Virus record (IMG/VR): IMGVR_UViG_3300033487_000001
Source: an uncultured virus (IMG/VR IMGVR_UViG_3300033487_000001)
Taxonomy: Duplodnaviria; Heunggongvirae; Uroviricota; Caudoviricetes
Length of the DNA: 64,000 nucleotides
Strand: one strand, 5' to 3'
In this document: positions 1 through 7,560 of the stretch, piece after piece
Layout: each line of letters begins with the position of its first letter
Position numbering within the stretch: the first letter of the stretch is position 1
Made by a program: the position numbers and the translations under genes
Notes under the pieces: generated by a model
Told to the model about the DNA's origin: nothing
What the model saw: only the letters and a program-made list of their open reading frames with translations
The model's database searches: none

Positions 1-43
1 TGCGCGAACGCTTGGGCTTGCGGGCGTATTTTCGACGTGCCAT
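1..43 (-). CDS. 5' end of a basic protein running off the window (MARRKYARKPKRSR...)
   Basis: ATG at 43 preceded by TGG-TACCAT plus 6 nt; K/R-rich N-terminus like neighbouring genes. Confidence 0.5.
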   Translation of the reverse strand, partial: MARRKYARKPKRSR

Positions 44-77
44 ATCCGCATGGTACCACGCCGCTGCACAAGTGCGC

Positions 78-518
78 CTAAGCCAGGCGCCAAATTGTCT
101 GCCCATCACGCTTGGTCACATACGCGCCCGCGTTGCGCCAAGCTGCGCAGGCAGCCGGCGAGGTCTCAACGCTACTCTCGACGCAGCCGGCAAGTCTGCG
201 CAGCTCACGCAGCACGGACGTGTACAGTCCGCGCCCTCGACACGCAGATCTTACGGCCGAGGCAGAGATCACCAGCGCGCGCCACGCGTCGACGATGCGG
301 AACAAGCCGCTACCGGACGCGGCGACTCCGTCACACGGGCGCGCGGCTCTCCACGTCCACGCGGTGTCGCCGCACGCGGTGATGGTTTGGGCGACGCTGA
401 GTTCGTACCGAAGGCCGTGCTTGTCGACGACCGGAACACGATCGCAGATGAGATCGAGCGGCGATGGTAGGTGGTCCCACGTGGACAGAACGGAGTGGAC
501 CCATGCGTCGCTGGGCAT
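78..518 (-). CDS. GNAT-like acetyltransferase
   Basis: CRGRGLYTSVLRELRRL resembles GNAT motif A; SPAACAAW resembles motif B; paralogous to two domains in 7561-9765. Confidence 0.65.
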   Translation of the reverse strand: MPSDAWVHSVLSTWDHLPSPLDLICDRVPVVDKHGLRYELSVAQTITACGDTAWTWRAARPCDGVAASGSGLFRIVDAWRALVISASAVRSACRGRGLYTSVLRELRRLAGCVESSVETSPAACAAWRNAGAYVTKRDGQTIWRLA

Positions 519-519
519 G

Positions 520-1191
520 CTACCTCGTGATCGGATAGTTTTTGATCAGCATGGCAGCGGGCGAGACCGCTGGCGCCAGATCCGGTCGGTCGTTGGCCAC
601 CCATAGTCCTGCCGCGAGCCCCAGCGGGGTGATACTGCGTGACGGACAGCTGCTAGGCGCGTACAGGATTCGCTTTGTGTCGATCGGCAGCCCGGGAACA
701 GGATACGGCGCCGGAGGCTTCGCGCCTCCACCGAGCCAGAGGCCTGTTTTTTTGGTGTAAGCGTTTTCTTCTGGATGGCTGATCCATCCCGCGTACTGCC
801 ACGGATGCACGGACACGTCCGGTTTGCGCCAGATCGTCGACAGGCGACCCATCGGGTTCTCGATCACCCACGGCGCCCCAGAGTCTTGGAACCTAAACAG
901 CGCCTGCCCTACGAGGTCCAGCGCTTCGGCAAGCGCCCCTTCCCCCTTCGTCTTCCACCACCTTGCGCCCGACGCCGCGAGGTGGGTGCACGGCGGCCAG
1001 CCGATGCAGAACCGCACGTGCTTAGGCATGACGTACTGCCGCACGTCGGCGCGCACGAACCGGATGCGCGGGTGGTCCACCCTGCGCTTATCCTCGGACA
1101 TATCGACGGCCTCGCAGTCGTAGCCGGCCTCTGCCCACGGCAGCAGTCCTACACCCGTCCGATCGTACAAAGCGACGACTGTTGCACGCAT
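520..1191 (-). CDS. Phage-type DNA cytosine methyltransferase
   Basis: Catalytic PPC (GWPPCTHLAASGARWW), ENP motif (IENPMG), YTKKT and N-terminal LYDxTG typical of phage C5-MTases. Confidence 0.8.
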   Translation of the reverse strand: MRATVVALYDRTGVGLLPWAEAGYDCEAVDMSEDKRRVDHPRIRFVRADVRQYVMPKHVRFCIGWPPCTHLAASGARWWKTKGEGALAEALDLVGQALFRFQDSGAPWVIENPMGRLSTIWRKPDVSVHPWQYAGWISHPEENAYTKKTGLWLGGGAKPPAPYPVPGLPIDTKRILYAPSSCPSRSITPLGLAAGLWVANDRPDLAPAVSPAAMLIKNYPITR

Positions 1192-1196
1192 GTGTT

Positions 1197-2174
1197 CTAC
1201 CTTAGCACCGGCGCGACGAAGCCATTCAACAGGTACGGTTCTCCGCCCTGCAGCGGCGTGATTCCCCGGGAATGCAGAATCATTAGTTCGTCTATATACT
1301 GACCGTACTTGTCCAGCGCGTTCGCGAGCTGTTTGGGGGACAGGCCTTTGTTCGGGTACGCGTGTCTGCGGTTAAAAGTAGATGCTCCCATCCACTTTGG
1401 CGATCCGTCCCCTTGGACATATCCGAAGAACGTAATCGCCTTGTCACCGCGGTGGATCGACGCGCGCAGGCCCACCAACGCAGCGCCTCGGTCGACGATC
1501 TCTAGCCTGATCAGCCAATCGCCTACAACATCTCTTGCGTTGGAGACGCTGTATACCGTGCCTCCGATCGCCTTGGGGTCATCGGTATCCGACACTCGCA
1601 GGTACGCGTGTCCCGTCGACCGCTTCTGCGGATTGCGCCTGACAGATCCGCCCCCGCCGCCATCCAGCTCGCCCCGCGCCACCAACTCGCGCAGCGGCGC
1701 ATCGCGCACGGTGTACTCGCCCGCGCGCATCTGTTCGCCGAGACGCGTGTAAAACCAGTCGAGCAGCGGCGCGACCGAGTCGATCGCGGCGTCGATCTTG
1801 GCGCGAACCTTGGTCGCGCGCGGCTTGCCGGCGCCCCCGCGCGGAAGCGCGCGCGCCGTGATCATCCGTTTCCAGGTGACGCTGCCGGCCTTCGTGATGC
1901 GCCCCTCCAGCGTCATGTAGACGCGTGCCGGCGCGTCGAAGCCGTGGAAGTGACGGTCGACACGCGGGATGAGCCACAGGTTCGAGACCGCGTCGACCCA
2001 GACCGAGAACGAGACGAGGTCGCCGTATCTGGAGTTCTGTCCGTCGACGACCTCGAACATCGCGCCGTTTCGGCCGTCGGTGAGACGGAGCTGGCGGTGC
2101 CACGGATCCGGCTCAGCGACGTCGAGCGTGGCTTCTTGCGCTGGGTTCATGGAGCGGGCGTGTCGCGTTGTCAT
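1197..2174 (-). CDS. Two-domain hypothetical protein (expanded paralog family, NP-tagged)
   Basis: SMNP-domain-GGGGGSVRRNP-domain; domains resemble 2231-2746 and 2751-3218. Confidence 0.75.
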   Translation of the reverse strand: MTTRHARSMNPAQEATLDVAEPDPWHRQLRLTDGRNGAMFEVVDGQNSRYGDLVSFSVWVDAVSNLWLIPRVDRHFHGFDAPARVYMTLEGRITKAGSVTWKRMITARALPRGGAGKPRATKVRAKIDAAIDSVAPLLDWFYTRLGEQMRAGEYTVRDAPLRELVARGELDGGGGGSVRRNPQKRSTGHAYLRVSDTDDPKAIGGTVYSVSNARDVVGDWLIRLEIVDRGAALVGLRASIHRGDKAITFFGYVQGDGSPKWMGASTFNRRHAYPNKGLSPKQLANALDKYGQYIDELMILHSRGITPLQGGEPYLLNGFVAPVLR

Positions 2175-2230
2175 GGCATCGGCTTCGAGGTGGACAGGAC
2201 GGATCAGACCCGTGCGTGGCTGGGCTCGGA

Positions 2231-2746
2231 TCAGCCGATCTCCCCGCGCGCCACTAGTTCACGCAGTGGCGAATCACGCACGGTGTACTCGCCATCGCGC
2301 AGGTTTTCGTTAAGACGAACCACAAACCAGTCGATTAGCGGCGCAGCGGCGTCGATATACGCCTCGATGTCTGCCCGCCTGCGCGAGACACGCCCGTTTT
2401 TGCCGCGTGACCCTATCGCGGCACCTGCGCGGGAGCGCTGCATAGACAGCCATCGCACGGTGCCGTCACGCATCAACTCGCCGGCAAGCGATACGTACGC
2501 CCTGGACGGAGGAAGCGTCGTCGCGAATTCGTGCCGCAGGCTTCGGCCTAGCGTCCACAGGTACGATTGCGCGTCGACCCATACGGTCAAGTAAATCAGG
2601 TCGCGTCCTCTGCGACGTATGACGTCAAGCGATGCGGCTTGCCTGCCGTGCGACAGCATCATATCCCGTGCGTTGCTAGCGTAGTCTTCGACGACCAGCA
2701 GCGCGTCGGACGCTGGATTGCGTCGTAGTCTCTGTGGCGTTGTCAT
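2231..2746 (-). CDS. Hypothetical protein, paralog of the N-domain of 1197-2174
   Basis: Shares VWVDA, PLxDWF and GEYTVRDxPLRELVARGE; starts MTTPQRLRRNP. Confidence 0.8.
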   Translation of the reverse strand: MTTPQRLRRNPASDALLVVEDYASNARDMMLSHGRQAASLDVIRRRGRDLIYLTVWVDAQSYLWTLGRSLRHEFATTLPPSRAYVSLAGELMRDGTVRWLSMQRSRAGAAIGSRGKNGRVSRRRADIEAYIDAAAPLIDWFVVRLNENLRDGEYTVRDSPLRELVARGEIG

Positions 2747-2750
2747 GGCA

Positions 2751-3218
2751 TCAGTCCGGCATCGGGAAGTCGGTCAGCTTGTACGACGCGCCGCCTTCGA
2801 GCGGCGGCGTTCCGCGTCGATGGATCTCCAGCATGGCGTCGATGGTGTCTCCGAATCTGTCCACAACGTCTGCCACGCCTGGGCCGTACAGCACACTCGG
2901 CACCGAGCGTTTGCCGGTCACCGTGTTCCAGTCTGAACTCCATACCGTCCACTCGATCGCGCCGCTTGCCTTCATTCGTCCGCTGAACCCGGTGACGTAC
3001 ACCACGTCGCGCGAACCGGCCGTGTAGACGGAGATGCCGATCTCTCCACCGTCGGTCGCCCTCATGTGCGCGATCGTGTCCGAGTCGGACCGCTCGTGTT
3101 TCCGGACGAGATACTCTCGGACACCGCGAGTAGGATAAGCGAGGTCTCCGGCGTACAGCCACGCTACGCCGGATGGGTTGGCGCGGCGCCGGGTGCGTTG
3201 AGTTCGCTTGCGTGTCAT
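2751..3218 (-). CDS. Hypothetical protein, paralog of the C-domain of 1197-2174
   Basis: Start moved to ATG 3218 (MTRKRTQRTRRRANP), 7 nt after TGG-TAAGCT; shares HxRGxxPLxGGxxYxLxxF. Confidence 0.75.
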   Translation of the reverse strand: MTRKRTQRTRRRANPSGVAWLYAGDLAYPTRGVREYLVRKHERSDSDTIAHMRATDGGEIGISVYTAGSRDVVYVTGFSGRMKASGAIEWTVWSSDWNTVTGKRSVPSVLYGPGVADVVDRFGDTIDAMLEIHRRGTPPLEGGASYKLTDFPMPD

Positions 3219-3315
3219 AGCGAATAGCTTACCACGCATCGCCGCGCCGCGAGCCCATGACTTGTACGCCCGAGCTGGTAAGGTCGACATGGCAGCGACG
3301 GCTACGCTTGACGAT

Positions 3316-4056
3316 TCAGACCAAGTCGAACGCGTCGAGCCACCGCGCAGAGATCACGTCTCCGCGGTGCTTCGCGGCAGCTAGGCGGTGATGTCCGTTC
3401 CACACAAAAAGAGCGCCGTCGAAGCTGATCAGCTGCGGTTCCGCAAAGTCTCTGGCGCCAGGTGGTACTTTCCCGCCCGCCACAAAAAACGCGAGCGTGT
3501 CGACGCCGAGCCTCTCCTGCGTCGCCCACAGCTCCATATCCGGGGGGACGCGAATCATGGGCGCCGCCGCAAAAGCCTCACGCACCCCGTCTAGGCGCGA
3601 CATGAACTCGTCGAGCCTTGCTGCCGCCGCGCGGTCCCACCTGAAGCCGACGGCGGCCGTCGTCGTGTTCTGCGGCTTCTTGGCACGTGACGCTCTGGCT
3701 GGGTTGCGCGTGCGGGGCGCGCGCTCCGCCTTCGACAGCAGGTCGTAGTAGTCTGCCCGCTCACGCAGGTGGGCCAGCGCGATCTTCGCCGTCAACAGCG
3801 GATCGCCGTGCGTCACGTTGCGGTGCTCCAACTCTACGTTCATGCCGCGCATCAGATCGCGCAGCGTGGCCTTGGCCGGCAGCTTGCGCCTGAGCTGGCG
3901 CAGCGCCGAGCGCGCGTCGTGGACATTGAAACGCTTGCGTGTCTTGGTTTTCATCGGATTGCCCAGCGCGCCAGCCAGCGCCATTTCTTCCAGAGGCGAA
4001 GCCAGAGACAGTGCGACGATACCAGCGACCGTCGAGTCTCGTCGCTTTGCCTTCAC
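3316..4056 (-). CDS. DUF5661-like domain fused to ParB/Srx-like domain
   Basis: GMNVELEH...IALAHLRERADYY resembles DUF5661; FVWNGHHRLAAA resembles the ParB-N GHHR motif; domains separated by RTRNP. Confidence 0.65.
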   Translation of the reverse strand: MKAKRRDSTVAGIVALSLASPLEEMALAGALGNPMKTKTRKRFNVHDARSALRQLRRKLPAKATLRDLMRGMNVELEHRNVTHGDPLLTAKIALAHLRERADYYDLLSKAERAPRTRNPARASRAKKPQNTTTAAVGFRWDRAAAARLDEFMSRLDGVREAFAAAPMIRVPPDMELWATQERLGVDTLAFFVAGGKVPPGARDFAEPQLISFDGALFVWNGHHRLAAAKHRGDVISARWLDAFDLV

Positions 4057-4502
4057 TTCTCGATCCCTAGCGCTCGATCCACGCTACCCACGTACGTCGC
4101 GAACACCGCACCGCGCGCCTTCTTCACCAGCGCCCACGCCTGCGACGGATCCATGCCGCACATCAGCAGTATACCGTACACGATGGCCGGCGATCGCTTA
4201 AGCCCAGCCGCGCAGTGCACGTAGACCTTCGCGGACGGCCGCAGCAGCGCGCCCGCGGCATAGTCCACGGCATCTCGGACCTGCTGCTCGGGCAGCGGCG
4301 CGTTGAAGTCGTCGAGGCCGATGAGCTTGTACTGTACCGGCGTGTGCTTCCAGAAGCGTCCGCCGTATACGGCCGGCGTCTCGGCGCGTAGGTCGAGCAC
4401 GTGCGTGACGCCGAGTTTGAGCAGCTTGTTCGCGTCGGCGTTGGTCTCAGGCGCAGGGCCGAACATGAGATCCGAGGTGACGGGGTAGACGGTGAGGCTC
4501 AA
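4053..4502 (-). CDS. Dual-specificity / Tyr protein phosphatase
   Basis: VYVHCAAGLKRS = HCxxGxxRS P-loop; GVTHVLDLR; general-acid Asp in LDD. Confidence 0.9.
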   Translation of the reverse strand: MSLTVYPVTSDLMFGPAPETNADANKLLKLGVTHVLDLRAETPAVYGGRFWKHTPVQYKLIGLDDFNAPLPEQQVRDAVDYAAGALLRPSAKVYVHCAAGLKRSPAIVYGILLMCGMDPSQAWALVKKARGAVFATYVGSVDRALGIEK

Positions 4503-4504
4503 GT

Positions 4505-5665
4505 CTACGAGTCCTTTCGTTTGCGCCGGGGGCGTCGCGCTGGGTTGCGCTTGGGGGCATCGATCCAGACAAACCTGCGTGGGTGCTCCACCTCAAACCC
4601 AGCCTTCTTGATCTTCTCTATCACCTTCGGACCTAGCGCGCGCGTACCGCCCCACTCGATCGTGATCGACGGCCACATCTCGTCGCCCTCGGGCGAGAGC
4701 GCGCCCGGCGGATACGCCGCCACGAGCGCGCCGCGGGCTTCGAGCGCGCGGGCCGTAGCGGTCACGGTCTCCGGCGGCGACAGACCCGCCGCTAGCGCGG
4801 CGTCGACGATGGGCGACGCGCCCTTGGGGGACATCTTTGATGCGGCGTCTTTGACACCAGTTTCGACGGCCCGCCGCGCATCTCGAATGAGAGCGTCGTA
4901 GGTTCGCTGCCCCCACGAAGACGGCAGTGACACGAACATTTTGTCGTGCTCTGTTCCGAACATTCCGGCAAGACTAGACAGTTGATCCAGGAGCACCGCC
5001 AAGTCTGTGGCGGCCATAGAGCTCGCGTTTCGGAGATCGGCGATGCTCGTCGTGTCCCACGCCGGCTCCAGTTCTGCGATGTGTCCGTACGCTTGACCTA
5101 GAAGTTTTTCCGCCTGCGCCGCTACGTTGTATGCCGCGACGTTGGCCCTGCCCATATGCTCCATGACCGTTACGCTGTCTTTGCGGCCAGAGTCTATGAA
5201 TGCAGCGCGCAGCGACAGGTACGTCTCTACGTTCGAGGCCATGTGCTCGTAAAACTTCTGATATTCTACGACGTCGACCTTTTTGTTTCGGTCTGACACC
5301 GTCACCCGCATCAAGGTTTTGGCTGACCACAGATCGCCGCGGAGTATACCCACCAGCATTCTCGCTGCTTGTGTCTCACGCACCAATACTGCGATGGCGC
5401 GGAACGCAGCCGCGGAATCAAACGACTGGAACACCGGCATCGCGGCATTCATCGTGACGGACGCTTGCCCCGCAACGTCTAGCGCCAGATCACGATAGTA
5501 CTCCGTGATACGGTACGCTGCGTCCCATCTGCCACGCACCACGGCTGGGTCGTATGCCTTCTCCAGCCACACCGCGTCATCCAGATTCAGTCTGCACGCA
5601 TTGAACGGCATCGGATGCCGCTGCAGCTCTACGCGTCCCGGGTTGCGCACTCTTCGCCGCTTCAT
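4505..5665 (-). CDS. Hypothetical alpha-helical protein with NP motifs at both ends
   Basis: Start at ATG 5665 overlapping the upstream TGA; MKRRRVRNP ... PKRNPARRPRRKRK. Confidence 0.7.
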   Translation of the reverse strand: MKRRRVRNPGRVELQRHPMPFNACRLNLDDAVWLEKAYDPAVVRGRWDAAYRITEYYRDLALDVAGQASVTMNAAMPVFQSFDSAAAFRAIAVLVRETQAARMLVGILRGDLWSAKTLMRVTVSDRNKKVDVVEYQKFYEHMASNVETYLSLRAAFIDSGRKDSVTVMEHMGRANVAAYNVAAQAEKLLGQAYGHIAELEPAWDTTSIADLRNASSMAATDLAVLLDQLSSLAGMFGTEHDKMFVSLPSSWGQRTYDALIRDARRAVETGVKDAASKMSPKGASPIVDAALAAGLSPPETVTATARALEARGALVAAYPPGALSPEGDEMWPSITIEWGGTRALGPKVIEKIKKAGFEVEHPRRFVWIDAPKRNPARRPRRKRKDS

Positions 5666-7557
5666 CAGTGCAGTCCAATGTGGATCTTCGCGCCCCGGAA
5701 CGCCCCCTTCGACGCGCAGCGGTGCACGCCCTGCGTCGGGTCGGTCGGATGGTCGCTGCAGTTGCCGCAGACGAGCGGGCAGCTGCCGCCGAGGCCGAAC
5801 GTCCACAGCGCCTCGTGCAGCGCGAGGGCGAGCGCTTTGTTGCGCAGTCGCTCGACATCGAACTCTTCGCCGTCTGCTGCCCCGCCGCTGGCGATCAGCG
5901 CCAGTCGCTCACGCTGCTTGGCCTCGTACGCATCCAGGTACGCAGCTTCGTTCGTCGGGTCCTCGTCGCGCTTCAGCTCGCGCCGCACCACGGCGCCGAA
6001 CCTCGGGTCGCGCAGCAACGTCTGGAGATAGTACTGGTAGGCTTTGTGGCGGACCTTCTCCGCCTTTGACCGACGAGGCAGCACCAAGCCAGGCATCGCA
6101 GCCATGGCTTCGTCTGCCGTTTCGAACGCACCGATCCGCGTGAAGTCGCGGATGCGCGTAGCATCGAACGCAAACGGCGTGGTGCCGGCTGCCGGCATCG
6201 GCACGACCTTGTTCGGGTCTTGCCTGAACGCCTGCGCCTGAGCCTCAAGCTCCTTGATGTATCCTTTGTTCAGCGGTATCGCCTCGAAGTATCCGCGTGA
6301 CACCGGCAGCTTTTCCATCGCCTCGCGGATCGGGCTGAGCCGCTCTGACTTTTCGGCCGCGTACACCGATCCGCTGGACAGGTTCACGGTGTAGTTCTTC
6401 GGCCAGTCTCCGCCCAGGTATCCATCAACGTTCACGAACTGCTGCCAGCACTTCGTGTATCCGTACACCTCGACGTGTCCCATGCTCGGCGGATCCGCAA
6501 CGCCGTGGTCCATCTCGCGGCAGATCTGCATCCACTCGACGATGCAGTCCTCGTACGCCACGTCGCCGTCGACGAACAGGCGCATGAACGAGGTCTTCCC
6601 CTTCGCCCGGCCGTCGGCCGTCAGCGCCAGCGCCAGCGTCTTCACGAACTGCATCCACGTGCGCCGCTCGTGCCCACGCACCGCCGCCTGCACGCGCGCC
6701 TCGTACTCGCGAGGGTCCGACGGTCCGCCGGCCGACATGATCGCCAACTCGCGATCGTAATAGTTGCACAGCGTATTCAGAAACATGCGCGCGAAGGCGG
6801 CGGGATTCCGAAACGATGTGAACGAGTAGCACCAGCCGACGTAGCTACGGTCGTACGTGACGCGGCACGCGCCCGCGCCGGGGCAGGTCGCCATCGGCAG
6901 CTCGCTGTACGCGACGAACGGCAGCTTCTTGTTTCCCTGGGCCGCCAAGATAGACCACGAGCCAGACTTTAGCCCCAGCACCAGCAGCTTCCCCTTGTCG
7001 TCCTTGCGAAACACGCCGGCGTCAGGCTTGTCCATATCCTTGACCACGTAGTCAACGGCGGCCAAGCACTTGTTCAGCTGGAACTTCCACGCTCGCCCTT
7101 CACCTTCGCCGGCCCGCGTCTCTACCCGTGAGAGCAGTCCGCTGATGGCAGCGCTGAGCATCTTCATGCGCGCAGCGAACGGAACGTATATGCGCGTGAT
7201 CGCGGCCGGGTTCCGAATGACGGGCAGGCGTCTGCCTACCGAGACGACGCGATCGATTGTCGGCGGCTCTGGTCCCCACATGCCCGTCGTGAGCGCAGCA
7301 CACTCGAACAGCTCCACGTGCGGCGCCATGACCGTCTTGGCCTTTTTTGGATTGCGACGGCGCGGTTCTTTGCCGCGCGGATTCCGGCGCACTCCCTCGC
7401 CGGCATCGACCGCGCGTGCGAGCGTAGCCGCGAGCGTCGTGGCGCCGGTGTCGGCAATCGCCGCGATCGCCGACGACGCCTCGTCGGTGTGGATGCCGGG
7501 GCCAGACGCGCTGGTGGCCCAGGGACGGAACAGCGGGTCGCGATAGTCGAGGTACAC
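5665..7557 (-). CDS. Gp88-like Cys-rich protein with NP-tagged N-terminal extension
   Basis: ELPMATCPGAGAC...CY, RLFVDGD, YGYTK, NLSSG and C-terminal CPxxCxxC match my recollection of the GP88 family. Confidence 0.65.
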   Translation of the reverse strand: MYLDYRDPLFRPWATSASGPGIHTDEASSAIAAIADTGATTLAATLARAVDAGEGVRRNPRGKEPRRRNPKKAKTVMAPHVELFECAALTTGMWGPEPPTIDRVVSVGRRLPVIRNPAAITRIYVPFAARMKMLSAAISGLLSRVETRAGEGEGRAWKFQLNKCLAAVDYVVKDMDKPDAGVFRKDDKGKLLVLGLKSGSWSILAAQGNKKLPFVAYSELPMATCPGAGACRVTYDRSYVGWCYSFTSFRNPAAFARMFLNTLCNYYDRELAIMSAGGPSDPREYEARVQAAVRGHERRTWMQFVKTLALALTADGRAKGKTSFMRLFVDGDVAYEDCIVEWMQICREMDHGVADPPSMGHVEVYGYTKCWQQFVNVDGYLGGDWPKNYTVNLSSGSVYAAEKSERLSPIREAMEKLPVSRGYFEAIPLNKGYIKELEAQAQAFRQDPNKVVPMPAAGTTPFAFDATRIRDFTRIGAFETADEAMAAMPGLVLPRRSKAEKVRHKAYQYYLQTLLRDPRFGAVVRRELKRDEDPTNEAAYLDAYEAKQRERLALIASGGAADGEEFDVERLRNKALALALHEALWTFGLGGSCPLVCGNCSDHPTDPTQGVHRCASKGAFRGAKIHIGLH

Positions 7558-7560
7558 TGG

